DNA from: Bythopirellula sp.
GTDB lineage: Bacteria > Planctomycetota > Planctomycetia > Pirellulales > Lacipirellulaceae
Direction: 5' to 3'
Assembly (NCBI GenBank): GCA_965216565.1
Contig: OZ244170.1
Span: forward strand, 3,552,001 to 3,616,000
DNA: 64,000 nucleotides
Below the pieces are notes generated by a model that ran no database searches, was not told the origin of the DNA, and saw only the letters and a program-made list of their open reading frames with translations. A program made the position numbers and the translations under genes. Shown piece by piece: positions 20,226 through 30,129 of the stretch (position 1 is the first letter of the stretch; each line of letters starts with the position of its first letter).

Positions 20226-22160
20226 TTACTTGACAGGTTGACCGGGCAACAGCGGCGGCATCGGGCAGTCGAGCATATCGCAAATTCCCCGCAACAGTTC
20301 CGCCTCGCGAATTTTCACTTGATCGTCCGCACAAATAGCGGCAGCACAGGCATCGACTAGCCGCTCGCGAAGCTTAGGCGAGACCGAGGCGAGCTCGGTC
20401 AACGCCTGATCGAGTTCAGCAAGTTTGCATTTCTCCTGCGGCAGCAATTCGATGCGGACTTTCGGCAGATGCTGTGCGGCTTCGGCCAGGGCCGCGACTG
20501 CATTGTCTGGTGAATTTCCCGTATAGGCCAAAGTCGAGAGCAGTATCGAACATTCTTCGCCCAGGCGAGTCAATGCATAGTATCGAATCCGCGGTGGGCT
20601 GGCTGTTTCGAACTGCGGACGTAAGTGCCGCAACAACACCCGATGCAAGGTCCACTCGAATAAGGCAACTCGATCGTCGGCACGAACCAGTTCCCTGAAT
20701 GCCAAGGAAAACTCGCGATACTGTGGTTTGGTCATTGCCCGTAACGCAGGAAGTGCCATATCTACTAACGGCAGCCGAGTTCGAGTATCGAGCTCATCCA
20801 CAATCTTGGAGACGGCCTGCGTGAGTTGCACGACGTCTGGGCGAATATTTTTCGCTAACGCTTCGAATTGCTTTTTCCGAACAGAGCCATTCTTGTCTAG
20901 CAGTAGCGAAAAAATTACAGCCCGTGCGCCGTAAGCCTCGTGAACCACGGCTACCAGTTCGTCGGGCAGTTGATCGACTAACTCGTGTGCATAGGTCCGA
21001 TGTTGTTCAGTGGGGCTACCAACCTGATCGGCAGCATCCTCGACCACATCCACAGGCACTTCGTCTCCTTGAAATTGCGAACCGACGAGTCCCGCAGCTC
21101 CTGCAATTTCGACATAGGCCGAGGGTTTGGCAGGCATCGCAGGAAACTTTCCATTCCACTCGGGATCGAGAGCCAGGATTCGCTTGCCTAGTGGCGGATG
21201 CGTTGCCATCAATCCGGTGAAACCCTCCCGAACGCCTTGCCCGAAATACATGTGGCTCATCTCAGCCGCGTTGGCATGTTCGATTCTCGAACCGAAGACG
21301 GCGGCCCCGATACGCTTCAGCGCTCCTGCTATCCCACCAGGGTTGCGCGTGAATTGCACCGCAGAAGCGTCGGCCAGGTACTCTCGCTGCCTGGATACCG
21401 CGGCCTTAATCAAACCACCGATCGTAGTGCCGACAAATCCGAGGATCACCAGCACCAGCCCAACTAGAAATAGGTAGGCCACGCCGCCGTTCTTAGAGTT
21501 GCGGCTGCTTCCGCGACCACTGTGGGCAGCAATCCGGAAGAGGAATCTTCCAATCAGTCCCATCAGCAATATGCCATGAAGAATACCGATCAATCGGATG
21601 TTGAGTCGCATGTCGCCGTTGAGAATATGACTAAACTCGTGGGCCACCACGCCTTGCAGCTGCTCGCGGGTGAGTTGCTCGGCAGTGCCTCGCGTGACGG
21701 CGACAACCGCGTCGCTAGGAGAATAGCCCGCCGCAAAGGCATTAATCCCCTGTTCCTGAGCCAACATATAGACAGGCGGAACAGGAACTCCGGAAGCGAT
21801 CGCCATTTCCTCAACGACGTTTAGCACGCGGCGTTCGATGGGATCGTTCGTATTCGTATGAATCCGCGTCCCACCAACGGCTTCGGCCACGGTTGTGCCA
21901 CCGCCGCTGAGCGCGGCTACCTTGTACGCACTGCCACCCAGAATCAAGACCAGAGTAGCAGCGCCAACTAATAAACAAATAGCAATCTCGTCGGAACCAA
22001 AGTTGACTGCGCTTCCTCGGTCCTGCGCCGAGGCAACCGCCAATGCAGTGGCCGCGACTACCAAACCAACGATAATAACGACGGCCAGCACGAACATGGC
22101 CACCAGCCACTTGGTGCTGCGACGGGCATCGCTTTGGCGCTGAAAAAAATTGGTAGACAT
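20226..22160 (-). CDS. M48 (HtpX-like) membrane metalloprotease with C-terminal extension
   Basis: INAFAAG, AHEFSH, SRQREYLADA, ATHPPL. Confidence 0.92.
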   Translation of the reverse strand: MSTNFFQRQSDARRSTKWLVAMFVLAVVIIVGLVVAATALAVASAQDRGSAVNFGSDEIAICLLVGAATLVLILGGSAYKVAALSGGGTTVAEAVGGTRIHTNTNDPIERRVLNVVEEMAIASGVPVPPVYMLAQEQGINAFAAGYSPSDAVVAVTRGTAEQLTREQLQGVVAHEFSHILNGDMRLNIRLIGILHGILLMGLIGRFLFRIAAHSGRGSSRNSKNGGVAYLFLVGLVLVILGFVGTTIGGLIKAAVSRQREYLADASAVQFTRNPGGIAGALKRIGAAVFGSRIEHANAAEMSHMYFGQGVREGFTGLMATHPPLGKRILALDPEWNGKFPAMPAKPSAYVEIAGAAGLVGSQFQGDEVPVDVVEDAADQVGSPTEQHRTYAHELVDQLPDELVAVVHEAYGARAVIFSLLLDKNGSVRKKQFEALAKNIRPDVVQLTQAVSKIVDELDTRTRLPLVDMALPALRAMTKPQYREFSLAFRELVRADDRVALFEWTLHRVLLRHLRPQFETASPPRIRYYALTRLGEECSILLSTLAYTGNSPDNAVAALAEAAQHLPKVRIELLPQEKCKLAELDQALTELASVSPKLRERLVDACAAAICADDQVKIREAELLRGICDMLDCPMPPLLPGQPVK

Positions 22161-22279
22161 CGGCTAAGAATAGGGGGACAGAGTTCTATGCACGTCGGCT
22201 TGTAGGCCACTTCGTACAGTTTGCATACGGGCAAAGATGCTACTAGCTAGCTCTTCCCCGACTACTCAATCCTGCTCCC

Positions 22280-22879
22280 TCAAAACGATACCTTCGGCGC
22301 TTCGGCGATGGCTTCGCTGTCGAATTGCAGAAGCTCTGCATCCGTCGCATGACCGAGCATATTCGCAAAGACCACAGGAGGAAACGTTTGGCGGTACGTG
22401 TTGTATTCGGTCGCCGAGTCGTTGTACGCTTGCCGGGCGAAGGCAACTCGATTTTCTGTCGACGTCAGTTCCTCGGTAAGTTGGGCCATATTCTGATTGG
22501 CCTTCAAATCGGGATAGGCCTCGGAAAGTGCAAACAGCTTTCCTAACGCGCCAGAGAGCATGTTCTCAGCACCAGCCAATTCCTGCATAGCAGCCGGGGC
22601 GCCTGGGTTGGCCGCCGCTTTTTGCAGCACACCCGCCGCTTGGTTACGGGCATTAATAACAGCTTCGAGCGTATCTTTCTCATGGTCCATATAGCCCTTG
22701 GCCACCTCGACTAAATTGGGAATCAAGTCGTAGCGACGCTTGAGCTGAACTTCAATCTGCGAAAAGGCATTTTCGAATCGATTCTTGAGTGCCACTAGGC
22801 GGTTGTAGACCCCAACACCATACATTGCGAGCAACAACGCTAAGCCACCAATTACTGCCAACATGATCCACGCTGTCAT
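22280..22879 (-). CDS. lemA: LemA family protein
   Basis: QLKRRYDLIPNLV, EAYPDLKAN, ENRVAFARQAYND; paired with the M48 gene. Confidence 0.95.
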   Translation of the reverse strand: MTAWIMLAVIGGLALLLAMYGVGVYNRLVALKNRFENAFSQIEVQLKRRYDLIPNLVEVAKGYMDHEKDTLEAVINARNQAAGVLQKAAANPGAPAAMQELAGAENMLSGALGKLFALSEAYPDLKANQNMAQLTEELTSTENRVAFARQAYNDSATEYNTYRQTFPPVVFANMLGHATDAELLQFDSEAIAEAPKVSF

Positions 22880-23026
22880 GGTTATCTCCAGAAATGAGCC
22901 TAATGGTTTTCAGTTTTCTCAAGGTACACCTTCAGCGCAAAATTGCAAACCCGCAGGCGCACGATTGTTATTCGCAAAGTGTGAGAGAATCTTGCCTGGG
23001 AAATCGAATAGTCTCTAGCAGAGTTA

Positions 23027-23767
23027 CTAAAACTCGATCTCCATGCGATCCGTCGCCAATTCGATCTTAGGGAAGATCTTCTTGGCCGAAGCGATGTCGA
23101 GCTCGTCGCCCGACTCGGAAAGTGGGTTTAGATGGACCAAGACGAGTCGTCCCACATTGGCGGCGGCGGCGACTTCCACAACTGGGGTGATGCAGCTGTG
23201 GCCGGTAAGCTCCGCTTGATCGGGCTGGTCGTCACCGAAGTTGCATTCGTGCAACAGGAGATCGACATCTTTGATTTTTTCGATGTAGTCCGAATCCTTG
23301 GCTGCGGTAGTATCTGTGACATAAGCAAAAGAACGTTCCGGCCAATCGATCCGATAGCCCACGGAGCCTCCCGGGTGTTTCAACGGAAAATGCGTTAGCA
23401 GGCCTCCATCGGAGAGTGTGATTTTTTCCGTCAGGGGCTTGGAATCGAAAGGAGGCTCTACAGGAAAAAGAAACTCCGAGAACAAGTGCTTTTCGACCGC
23501 TTCCAGCTTCTCAGGTTCGCCGTGAACCGCGACCTGTTTCATCTCTTTGCCATTGAGCACGTCCAACAGAAAAGTCAGCCCCACGACATGATCGAGATGG
23601 GCGTGAGTTAAAAAGATGTCGAGAGTATCGGTATGAAGATAATCGGCGATTCGGAAGGCTGCCGTGCCTGCGTCGAATACGACACCCAACTCCGGAATCA
23701 TTAGGCACGCAGTATGCCTATGATCGTTGGGATGGTATCCGACTGTGCCCAAAATAACGAGTTTCAT
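23027..23767 (-). CDS. Metallo-beta-lactamase-fold hydrolase, RNase Z/BN-like
   Basis: LGT, FDAGT, THAHLDH, YVTDT, LLHEC, GHS, LVH. Confidence 0.85.
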   Translation of the reverse strand: MKLVILGTVGYHPNDHRHTACLMIPELGVVFDAGTAAFRIADYLHTDTLDIFLTHAHLDHVVGLTFLLDVLNGKEMKQVAVHGEPEKLEAVEKHLFSEFLFPVEPPFDSKPLTEKITLSDGGLLTHFPLKHPGGSVGYRIDWPERSFAYVTDTTAAKDSDYIEKIKDVDLLLHECNFGDDQPDQAELTGHSCITPVVEVAAAANVGRLVLVHLNPLSESGDELDIASAKKIFPKIELATDRMEIEF

Positions 23768-23915
23768 ATCAGCCCTTGCCAAGGCGGTAACGTAAGGAAA
23801 TTATTGTAGCTCCCACTCTCCAGAGAAGCTACGTGATAGAAGCTGAAATCTGGCCTCTTGTTGAATACAGCTGTCGTCCATTTTACGAGATTATTCGACC
23901 TTATTGGTGAAATTG

Positions 23916-24965
23916 ATGAGCAACCGAAAGTCTTTGCAAACGATGTGCCTCTATGGCTTAACGATATTCGTGCTTGCCGGTTTGCTGCTCCTCGCCTGGC
24001 CGCCAAACAGCACCACCCCAGAGGTCGTGGTCTACACGGCCCTGGACCAGGAATTTAGTGCGCCTATTTTTGAGGAGTTTCAGCAGCAAACGGGGATCCG
24101 TGTCCGGCCAAAGTTCGACACCGAATCGACGAAGACCGTCGGACTTACTCAGGCCATCCTGGCTGAGCGAGAAAGGCCCCGCTGCGATATCTTCTGGAAC
24201 AACGAGATCGTCAATACTTTACGGTTGGAAAAAGAAGGATTGCTTACGAGCTATCCCACGGCAGCCTGTTCGACGTACCCATCTCAATTTTACTCGAAGC
24301 TGGGCCTCTGGCATGGCTTTGCGGCTCGCGCTCGTATCCTGATCGTTAATACGGAACTTGTACCGGAGGAAAAGCGGCCCAGTTCGATCATGGACTTGAT
24401 CGACCCGCAGTGGCAGGGACAAGTGGGGATCGCCAAGCCTTTAGCTGGGACCACTGCCACCCACGCGGCGTGCCTATTTACAGTTTGGGGCGATGAGAAA
24501 GCAAAAGGCTTCTTCACACAACTAAAAGACAATGCTCGCGTGATGGCTGGGAACAAACAGGTGGCCCAAGCGGTGGCCAAGGGCGAACTCGCATTTGGAA
24601 TCACCGATACCGACGACGCCATCATCGAACAAGAGGCGCTCTGGCCCGTGGAAATCGTCTTCCCCGACCAGGGTGACGAGCAAATCGGCACCTTGTTTAT
24701 TCCCAATACCGTCGCGATCATCAACGGCACGAAGCGCGTACGCGAGACAAAAGCACTCGTCGATTTTTTGCTTTCTAGAAAAGTAGAACGCCTGCTTGCC
24801 GAAGGGCCCAGCGCGCAGATTCCACTGAACGCCGAAGTACGAGTCTCGTCGCGAGTCGAGCCTAAACAAGAAGCGCGGGCCATGAAAATCGATTTTCAGG
24901 CGGCTGCCGAAGAGTGGGATACTACCGCTCTATTCCTACGCGATCTATTCGCCACGGCCAAATAA
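23916..24965 (+). CDS. ABC transporter extracellular solute-binding protein (Fe3+/thiamine-type family)
   Basis: VVVYTALDQ, CDIFWNNE, FAARARILIVN, ITDTDDA; no permease adjacent. Confidence 0.85.
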   Translation: MSNRKSLQTMCLYGLTIFVLAGLLLLAWPPNSTTPEVVVYTALDQEFSAPIFEEFQQQTGIRVRPKFDTESTKTVGLTQAILAERERPRCDIFWNNEIVNTLRLEKEGLLTSYPTAACSTYPSQFYSKLGLWHGFAARARILIVNTELVPEEKRPSSIMDLIDPQWQGQVGIAKPLAGTTATHAACLFTVWGDEKAKGFFTQLKDNARVMAGNKQVAQAVAKGELAFGITDTDDAIIEQEALWPVEIVFPDQGDEQIGTLFIPNTVAIINGTKRVRETKALVDFLLSRKVERLLAEGPSAQIPLNAEVRVSSRVEPKQEARAMKIDFQAAAEEWDTTALFLRDLFATAK

Positions 24966-24967
24966 GA

Positions 24968-26239
24968 CTACAACCCGCGACGATGGCGGCGACGAGGCCG
25001 CTGGCCGGGTGCCCTGGGCTTGGGTTCTTTGGGTTGTTCGTCTGCTTCTTGCGGAGGTGCGACTTGAGCTACTGCCTGAAAACCTTCGAGCTCGTCACGC
25101 ACCAGGAGCGTATTGATCAGCATTTCAATTCGCGTCAGCTCGATACCCTGCTCAGGCGTCACAAAGGAGAATGCGATCCCCTCGCGGCCCATGCGGCCTG
25201 TTCGACCAACACGGTGGACATAATCGTCCGAGGACTGCGGAAGATCGTAATTGATGATATGGGAGATGCTGCTCACGTCGATGCCCCGACCCACTACGTC
25301 CGTGGCAACCAAGATTTCCACGTCGCCACCACGAAACTTTCGCATCACTCGATCTCGCACGTTTTGAGCCATATCGCCATGAATGGCATCGACGCCTTCA
25401 ACCTTTTTCGTCAGCTTACGCTGGACGCGGTCGGTTCCCCTTTTAGTCCGACAAAAGATGATCGCCTGCTGAGGCTGTTCGCGCTCGAGTAGTTTCACAA
25501 GGAGATCAAACTTGCGGTCCTCTTCGACGGTGAAGTAACGTTGTTCGATCGTGTCGACGCTCTTGGTCTTCGGCGAGAAGTCCATGATCTCTGGGTCGAC
25601 CATGTAACGCTTTGCAAGTCGTTCGATTCCCGGGCTGACGGTGGCACTCAGCAGCAAAGTTTGTCGCTTCTTGGGACAGCGGCGGAGGATTTTTTCAATA
25701 TCAGGACGAAAGCCAATATCAAGCATGCGATCGGCTTCATCGAGAACAACACAGGCAATTTGTTCTGTGTTTAAAGTTCCCCGGCCTAGATGATCGAGCA
25801 CGCGACCGGGTGTGCCGACCACAATGTCGCTGCCCTTTTGCAATTGATTGATTTGGGAGCGAATCGGTTTGCCACCATAAACTGCAATGCAGCGGGTCTT
25901 TCGGCCTTTCGCAAGTTTGACAATCTCGTCACGGACCTGCACTGCCAATTCTCGGGTGGGGACCAGCACTAGCGCACGAGGTTTGTGACCCTTGGTCAGC
26001 TCGGTGAATTGCTCCAAGATGGGAATGCCAAAGGCGGCTGTCTTGCCAGTACCCGTACGTGCCTGACCTAGCAGGTCGAGGCCCGTCAATGCCTTGGGGA
26101 TCATCCCCGCCTGCACAGGCGACGGATCGTGATAGTGGGCAGCGGCGAGCGCCTTGAGCATCGTTTCCGAGAGTCCAAGTGAATCAAAACTAGGTGTCGC
26201 GGAAGAGTCTGAAGAAGCGTCGATGTTCGGGTCTTTCAC
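24968..26239 (-). CDS. DEAD-box RNA helicase
   Basis: ARTGTGKT, PTRELA, TPGR, DEAD, SAT, HRVGRTGR. Confidence 0.97.
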   Translation of the reverse strand: MKDPNIDASSDSSATPSFDSLGLSETMLKALAAAHYHDPSPVQAGMIPKALTGLDLLGQARTGTGKTAAFGIPILEQFTELTKGHKPRALVLVPTRELAVQVRDEIVKLAKGRKTRCIAVYGGKPIRSQINQLQKGSDIVVGTPGRVLDHLGRGTLNTEQIACVVLDEADRMLDIGFRPDIEKILRRCPKKRQTLLLSATVSPGIERLAKRYMVDPEIMDFSPKTKSVDTIEQRYFTVEEDRKFDLLVKLLEREQPQQAIIFCRTKRGTDRVQRKLTKKVEGVDAIHGDMAQNVRDRVMRKFRGGDVEILVATDVVGRGIDVSSISHIINYDLPQSSDDYVHRVGRTGRMGREGIAFSFVTPEQGIELTRIEMLINTLLVRDELEGFQAVAQVAPPQEADEQPKEPKPRAPGQRPRRRHRRGL

Positions 26240-26429
26240 ACTTGCCGAGGAGGCAAGCTATGGTGATGAAATAATTGGTGAACAGTTCAGGGAGAATTAG
26301 TACGAAGTCTCCCAAGTCACGCGGTAATTAAGGCAATTAGGCTAACATGCGTGATATTGCTGGTCAACGTAGGATCGTCGCATCAGCCAGTTCACTGAAA
26401 GAGCCCAGGTCCCTTGAAACCGCAGACAG

Positions 26430-26472
26430 AAAAAGGGGCCGACCGCGCCATACCTAGCGCCATCGGCCCCTT
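26430..26472 (-). terminator. Likely intrinsic terminator after the histone-like gene
   Basis: AAGGGGCCGA (26433-26442) / TCGGCCCCTT (26463-26472) stem followed by a T run on the minus strand. Confidence 0.65.
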
Positions 26473-26516
26473 CAAGTCTCAATTTCAATCCGCTCCGGTG
26501 GAGCAGATTGGCTCAA

Positions 26517-26810
26517 TTACTTTTTGCGAGAAGACTTCTTACGAGTGGTCTTCCGCTTCTTTGTGGCCTTCTTCTTGGTGCTCTTCTTGGCCTTACGCTT
26601 AGTGGCCTTCTTCTTCGTACTCTTCTTGGCCTTGCGCTTCGTGGACTTCTTCTTAGTCGACTTCTTTTTCGTCGACTTCTTCTTGGCGGCCTTCTTCTTT
26701 GTGGCCTTCTTCTTCGTGCTCTTCTTGGCGGCCTTACGCTTAGTGGCCTTTTTCTTGGTGCTCTTCTTGGCCGGCTTACGCTTCGTGGCCTTCTTCTTAC
26801 GAGTAGCCAT
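26517..26810 (-). CDS. Histone H1-like Lys-rich nucleoid protein
   Basis: 97 aa made only of M/A/T/R/K/P/S with KKKAT and KKKST repeats; AGGAG upstream of ATG 26810; terminator downstream. Confidence 0.8.
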   Translation of the reverse strand: MATRKKKATKRKPAKKSTKKKATKRKAAKKSTKKKATKKKAAKKKSTKKKSTKKKSTKRKAKKSTKKKATKRKAKKSTKKKATKKRKTTRKKSSRKK

Positions 26811-27364
26811 AACTTGCTGGCTCCTTCCCTGACGCGCCATGGTTGTTATGAGGCTCTCTTCCCGGGCGCTACTAGGCAAGAAAAGAACCAACGTAGAACT
26901 GTCCGTCCGGCTCCAATGCTGAATTCAGCTGCCGAACGACAACAACTTTCAATTACGGCCAGTCAATCCGACGTGTAGAAACATGAATAGAATCATGATC
27001 GGAAGTAACAAATAAACTCATGACCGTAAGGTTTACTCCATTGGGTCTATCAAAGGATCGCACTTATTGACGAGCGAGGACAGCTTTCGACTGGTCCCCC
27101 TTCGCATCGCTTGTCTCTTGGCATAGCCAACGACCGTCTGAGTCATAAGAATCAAACAAAACTTAGATCGATTCAAAGCACTGTGCGCGCATTGAACCAA
27201 TATATCGAACCATCAGTCAAGACGAATTTAGAGATAATGAGAAAAAATTATAGCGCCATGGTCTTCGCCACAGTCAACGAAGCCACTGATTTGCATTCCG
27301 CTAGGCAGTTGATCGAGAGCAATCAACTGACTCGAGCATCGTTTCGCAACGACATACTTAGTCG

Positions 27365-28567
27365 TCACTCAACTTGTCCGGCCCAGTCGGCGAGCAGTTG
27401 CGTTTGATCGAAAAATGCCTGTTTTTCTTGCTGCAAAGGGCTCTTGAAGAAACAACTCAGAAAGCCGAGCGACCCGGTTTCGTTACGCTCGTGAGCCAGC
27501 GCAGCAAACCGGGCTAGGTCTAGCACTAGTGGTGCGGCGAGCAGCGAATCGCAACCCTGCCAAGTGAGTTGCAAAGTCATCGGAGTATCCAAAAAACCTC
27601 GGAAGTGGATGTGATCCCAAGCTGTTTTCCAATCTCCAAGGCTCTCGATGTGCTCGATACTGACTAAAGTTTGGGGTGCGTAGCCAAGGATTTCGCCGAG
27701 CAAGTGATCCTTGCTAGTTACTTTGGCCTGCTTGTTCGCAGGATTATCTAAGACTTTGCCATCCATGTTGCCAAAGATGTTGTGGCCCACCCAACTCATC
27801 ACCGGGAGATTTCGTGCGGCAAACATTGGTGCCAGGACACTCTTGAGCAAAGTTTCGCCCGTCTTGCCGTCGCGGCCCGCATGGCACGTCTTTCGTAGCC
27901 GAGCAAGCTCATCGATGCCTGCCGGCGTGGCGCCCAGTGACGGGGTAAAATTGACATAGGGAAGTCCAAGGTCCAATGCGGCGATGGCATAGAGGCTGCT
28001 GGCCGGCAGTGGGCAGTCGGCCGATGCGAGTTGACTCTGGGCCTGCTCCCAAGAATTTGGCCAATCAGACTCAGGCACGGGCGCTTCGGTTGATGCCAAG
28101 TTGACCACCACGACATCGTGCAGGTCGTTGGCTTGCTGAAACTCGGTGAGGTCGGCTTGCAAGCGTTCGATGATTAGTTGAGGAGAAGACTGGTCCTGGT
28201 CGATTTCGTTTCCATTGGCCAATTCGCGAATGGTTTCGCCGACGTTCCAAATGGAACCGGGTCGAATCCGTGCGTCGATACTTTCGAGATCGTCACTGCA
28301 GGAATCGATCAACGATTCGCTAAAGACCCGGCTATCTCGATTTAGCCGCTGCGCCTCGGCCTGGAGCGAACCCGAGCGAATCTCGTGCCCGCCCACCACA
28401 AACTGGTCCCAACCGGGTAACGGTAGATGATCGAAGGTGGGTAGCGCGCTAACCAGTCCGATTGGCTCGGTCAGCTTTTGCTTCAGGGCGGCAAGTCCGA
28501 GAGCAGCAGAAACGGCTACTCCGCCACGAGCCCCAACTAACCACAGTCCAATTTTGTGCGTGCTCAT
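27365..28567 (-). CDS. ino1: Inositol-3-phosphate synthase
   Basis: VNLASTE, GRDGKTGETLLKS, NIFGNMDG, GDWKTAWD, GCDSLLAAPL.LDL. Confidence 0.93.
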   Translation of the reverse strand: MSTHKIGLWLVGARGGVAVSAALGLAALKQKLTEPIGLVSALPTFDHLPLPGWDQFVVGGHEIRSGSLQAEAQRLNRDSRVFSESLIDSCSDDLESIDARIRPGSIWNVGETIRELANGNEIDQDQSSPQLIIERLQADLTEFQQANDLHDVVVVNLASTEAPVPESDWPNSWEQAQSQLASADCPLPASSLYAIAALDLGLPYVNFTPSLGATPAGIDELARLRKTCHAGRDGKTGETLLKSVLAPMFAARNLPVMSWVGHNIFGNMDGKVLDNPANKQAKVTSKDHLLGEILGYAPQTLVSIEHIESLGDWKTAWDHIHFRGFLDTPMTLQLTWQGCDSLLAAPLVLDLARFAALAHERNETGSLGFLSCFFKSPLQQEKQAFFDQTQLLADWAGQVE

Positions 28568-28799
28568 GGGAAGTCAGATGGCTGGCTTGGCTCTCGTCTC
28601 TAGTTGTTAGTCTCTCCACTCATCAAGATTGTCGCACGATTCTGCGCATAGCGTCAACGGGCCGGTGTCGAGCAACATCGGACAACCGGTTTTAATCGCC
28701 AAGGTCGACGTGTAAACTGAACGCTTCGCTGCTCTCCGGTGTCCGTGAGGCACCCCACTAATAAATCTCTGATATTGAATCTCTAAGGAATCACCTACC

Positions 28800-29990
28800 G
28801 TGCTAGAGAAGCTCGAAGCGGCGCCACGTGACGCCATCCTGGGACTGACTGCTGCCTTCAAAGAAGATAGTCGGCCAGAGAAAATCAACCTGAGCGTTGG
28901 GGTCTACCAAGATGAGACTGGTACGACACCAACTTTAGCGTCCGTGGTAGAAGCCGAAAAACGATTGGCCAGTGCTGGAGGCACGAAGTCGTACCTGCCA
29001 ATTCCAGGCCTGCCTGCCTACGTCGAATCGGTACGAGAGTTAGTGTTTGGCCAAGGTCACGAGGTGATTGAGTCAAATCGGATCGCAACAGCGCAAACTC
29101 CTGGTGGCACCGGGGCGCTGCGTGTGATCGGCGATTTTCTGCATACAAATTTGCTAGGGGCTACCTTGTGGATGACCGATCCCACCTGGCCGAATCATCC
29201 CAATATTTTTAAAGCTGCCGGTGTGCCACTAGAGAGCTTCCCCTACTTCAATGCGGCAACCAATCAATTGGACTTTGCCGGGATGATGGCCGCCATCGAG
29301 AAGATCCCCGCTGGTCACGCGATTTTGCTCCATGGTTGTTGCCACAACCCAACTGGCGTCGATCCCTCTGTCGAACAGTGGAAACAAATTGCCGATACCG
29401 TCTACGATCGTGGCCTGCTGCCGATTTTGGACTTCGCCTATCAAGGCTTTGCCGATGGCATCGAGCAAGACGCGGAAGGACTACGTGCATTCCTCCGACC
29501 CAATTGCGAGTTGCTTGTTTGCAGTTCCTTTTCGAAGAACTTCGGGCTGTACCGAGAACGGGTGGGAGCACTCTCGGTAGTTTCCCCCGACGCCGAGTCA
29601 GCCCAAGCCGTACAGAGCCAACTCAATCGGGTGATCCGCTCAAACTACTCCAATCCCCCCGCTCACGGCGCAGAAGTGGTGACCTGCATACTGCAAGACG
29701 GATCGCTTCGCAAAACCTGGGAAGAAGAGGTTGCCACCATGCGAGCGCGTATTAATGGTATGCGCAAGAGCCTGGTGGACGAACTGGCAGCCAAGGGCGT
29801 ACCGGGGGATTACAGCTTTATCAATCGTCAACGCGGGATGTTCTCATTCACCGGGCTGACCAAGGAGCAAGTCGAGACACTCCGCGAAGAATATGCCATC
29901 TACATCGTCGGCTCGGGACGCATCAATGTCGCGGGGCTCACTCCCAGCAATATCGGTCGCGTGGCAGAGTCGATTGCTAAGGTGGTCTAG
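28800..29990 (+). CDS. aspC: Aspartate/aromatic amino acid aminotransferase
   Basis: KINLSVGVY, HGCCHNPTG, DFAYQGF, SFSKNFGLYRERVG, GRINVAG. Confidence 0.93.
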   Translation: MLEKLEAAPRDAILGLTAAFKEDSRPEKINLSVGVYQDETGTTPTLASVVEAEKRLASAGGTKSYLPIPGLPAYVESVRELVFGQGHEVIESNRIATAQTPGGTGALRVIGDFLHTNLLGATLWMTDPTWPNHPNIFKAAGVPLESFPYFNAATNQLDFAGMMAAIEKIPAGHAILLHGCCHNPTGVDPSVEQWKQIADTVYDRGLLPILDFAYQGFADGIEQDAEGLRAFLRPNCELLVCSSFSKNFGLYRERVGALSVVSPDAESAQAVQSQLNRVIRSNYSNPPAHGAEVVTCILQDGSLRKTWEEEVATMRARINGMRKSLVDELAAKGVPGDYSFINRQRGMFSFTGLTKEQVETLREEYAIYIVGSGRINVAGLTPSNIGRVAESIAKVV

Positions 29991-30129
29991 CAGTCAATTG
30001 CGGTTAGTCTGCTTGTCTACGCATGGTAGACTGCGTCAGTACGCTGAACTCACAGGTATCCTGGAGATAGGCGTTCTGGTACCCTAGTACTAGTGACTTT
30101 CATTCTGATCGCCTTTGGATAAATTGCCG

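Noticed and set aside
26508..26978. Leu-rich and Phe-rich plus-strand ORFs
   Set aside because: Antisense reads of the Lys-codon repeats of the histone-like gene.
27111..27407. 98-aa plus-strand ORF upstream of the histone-like gene
   Set aside because: TTG start, no RBS or motif, overlaps the ino1 end; more likely promoter DNA.
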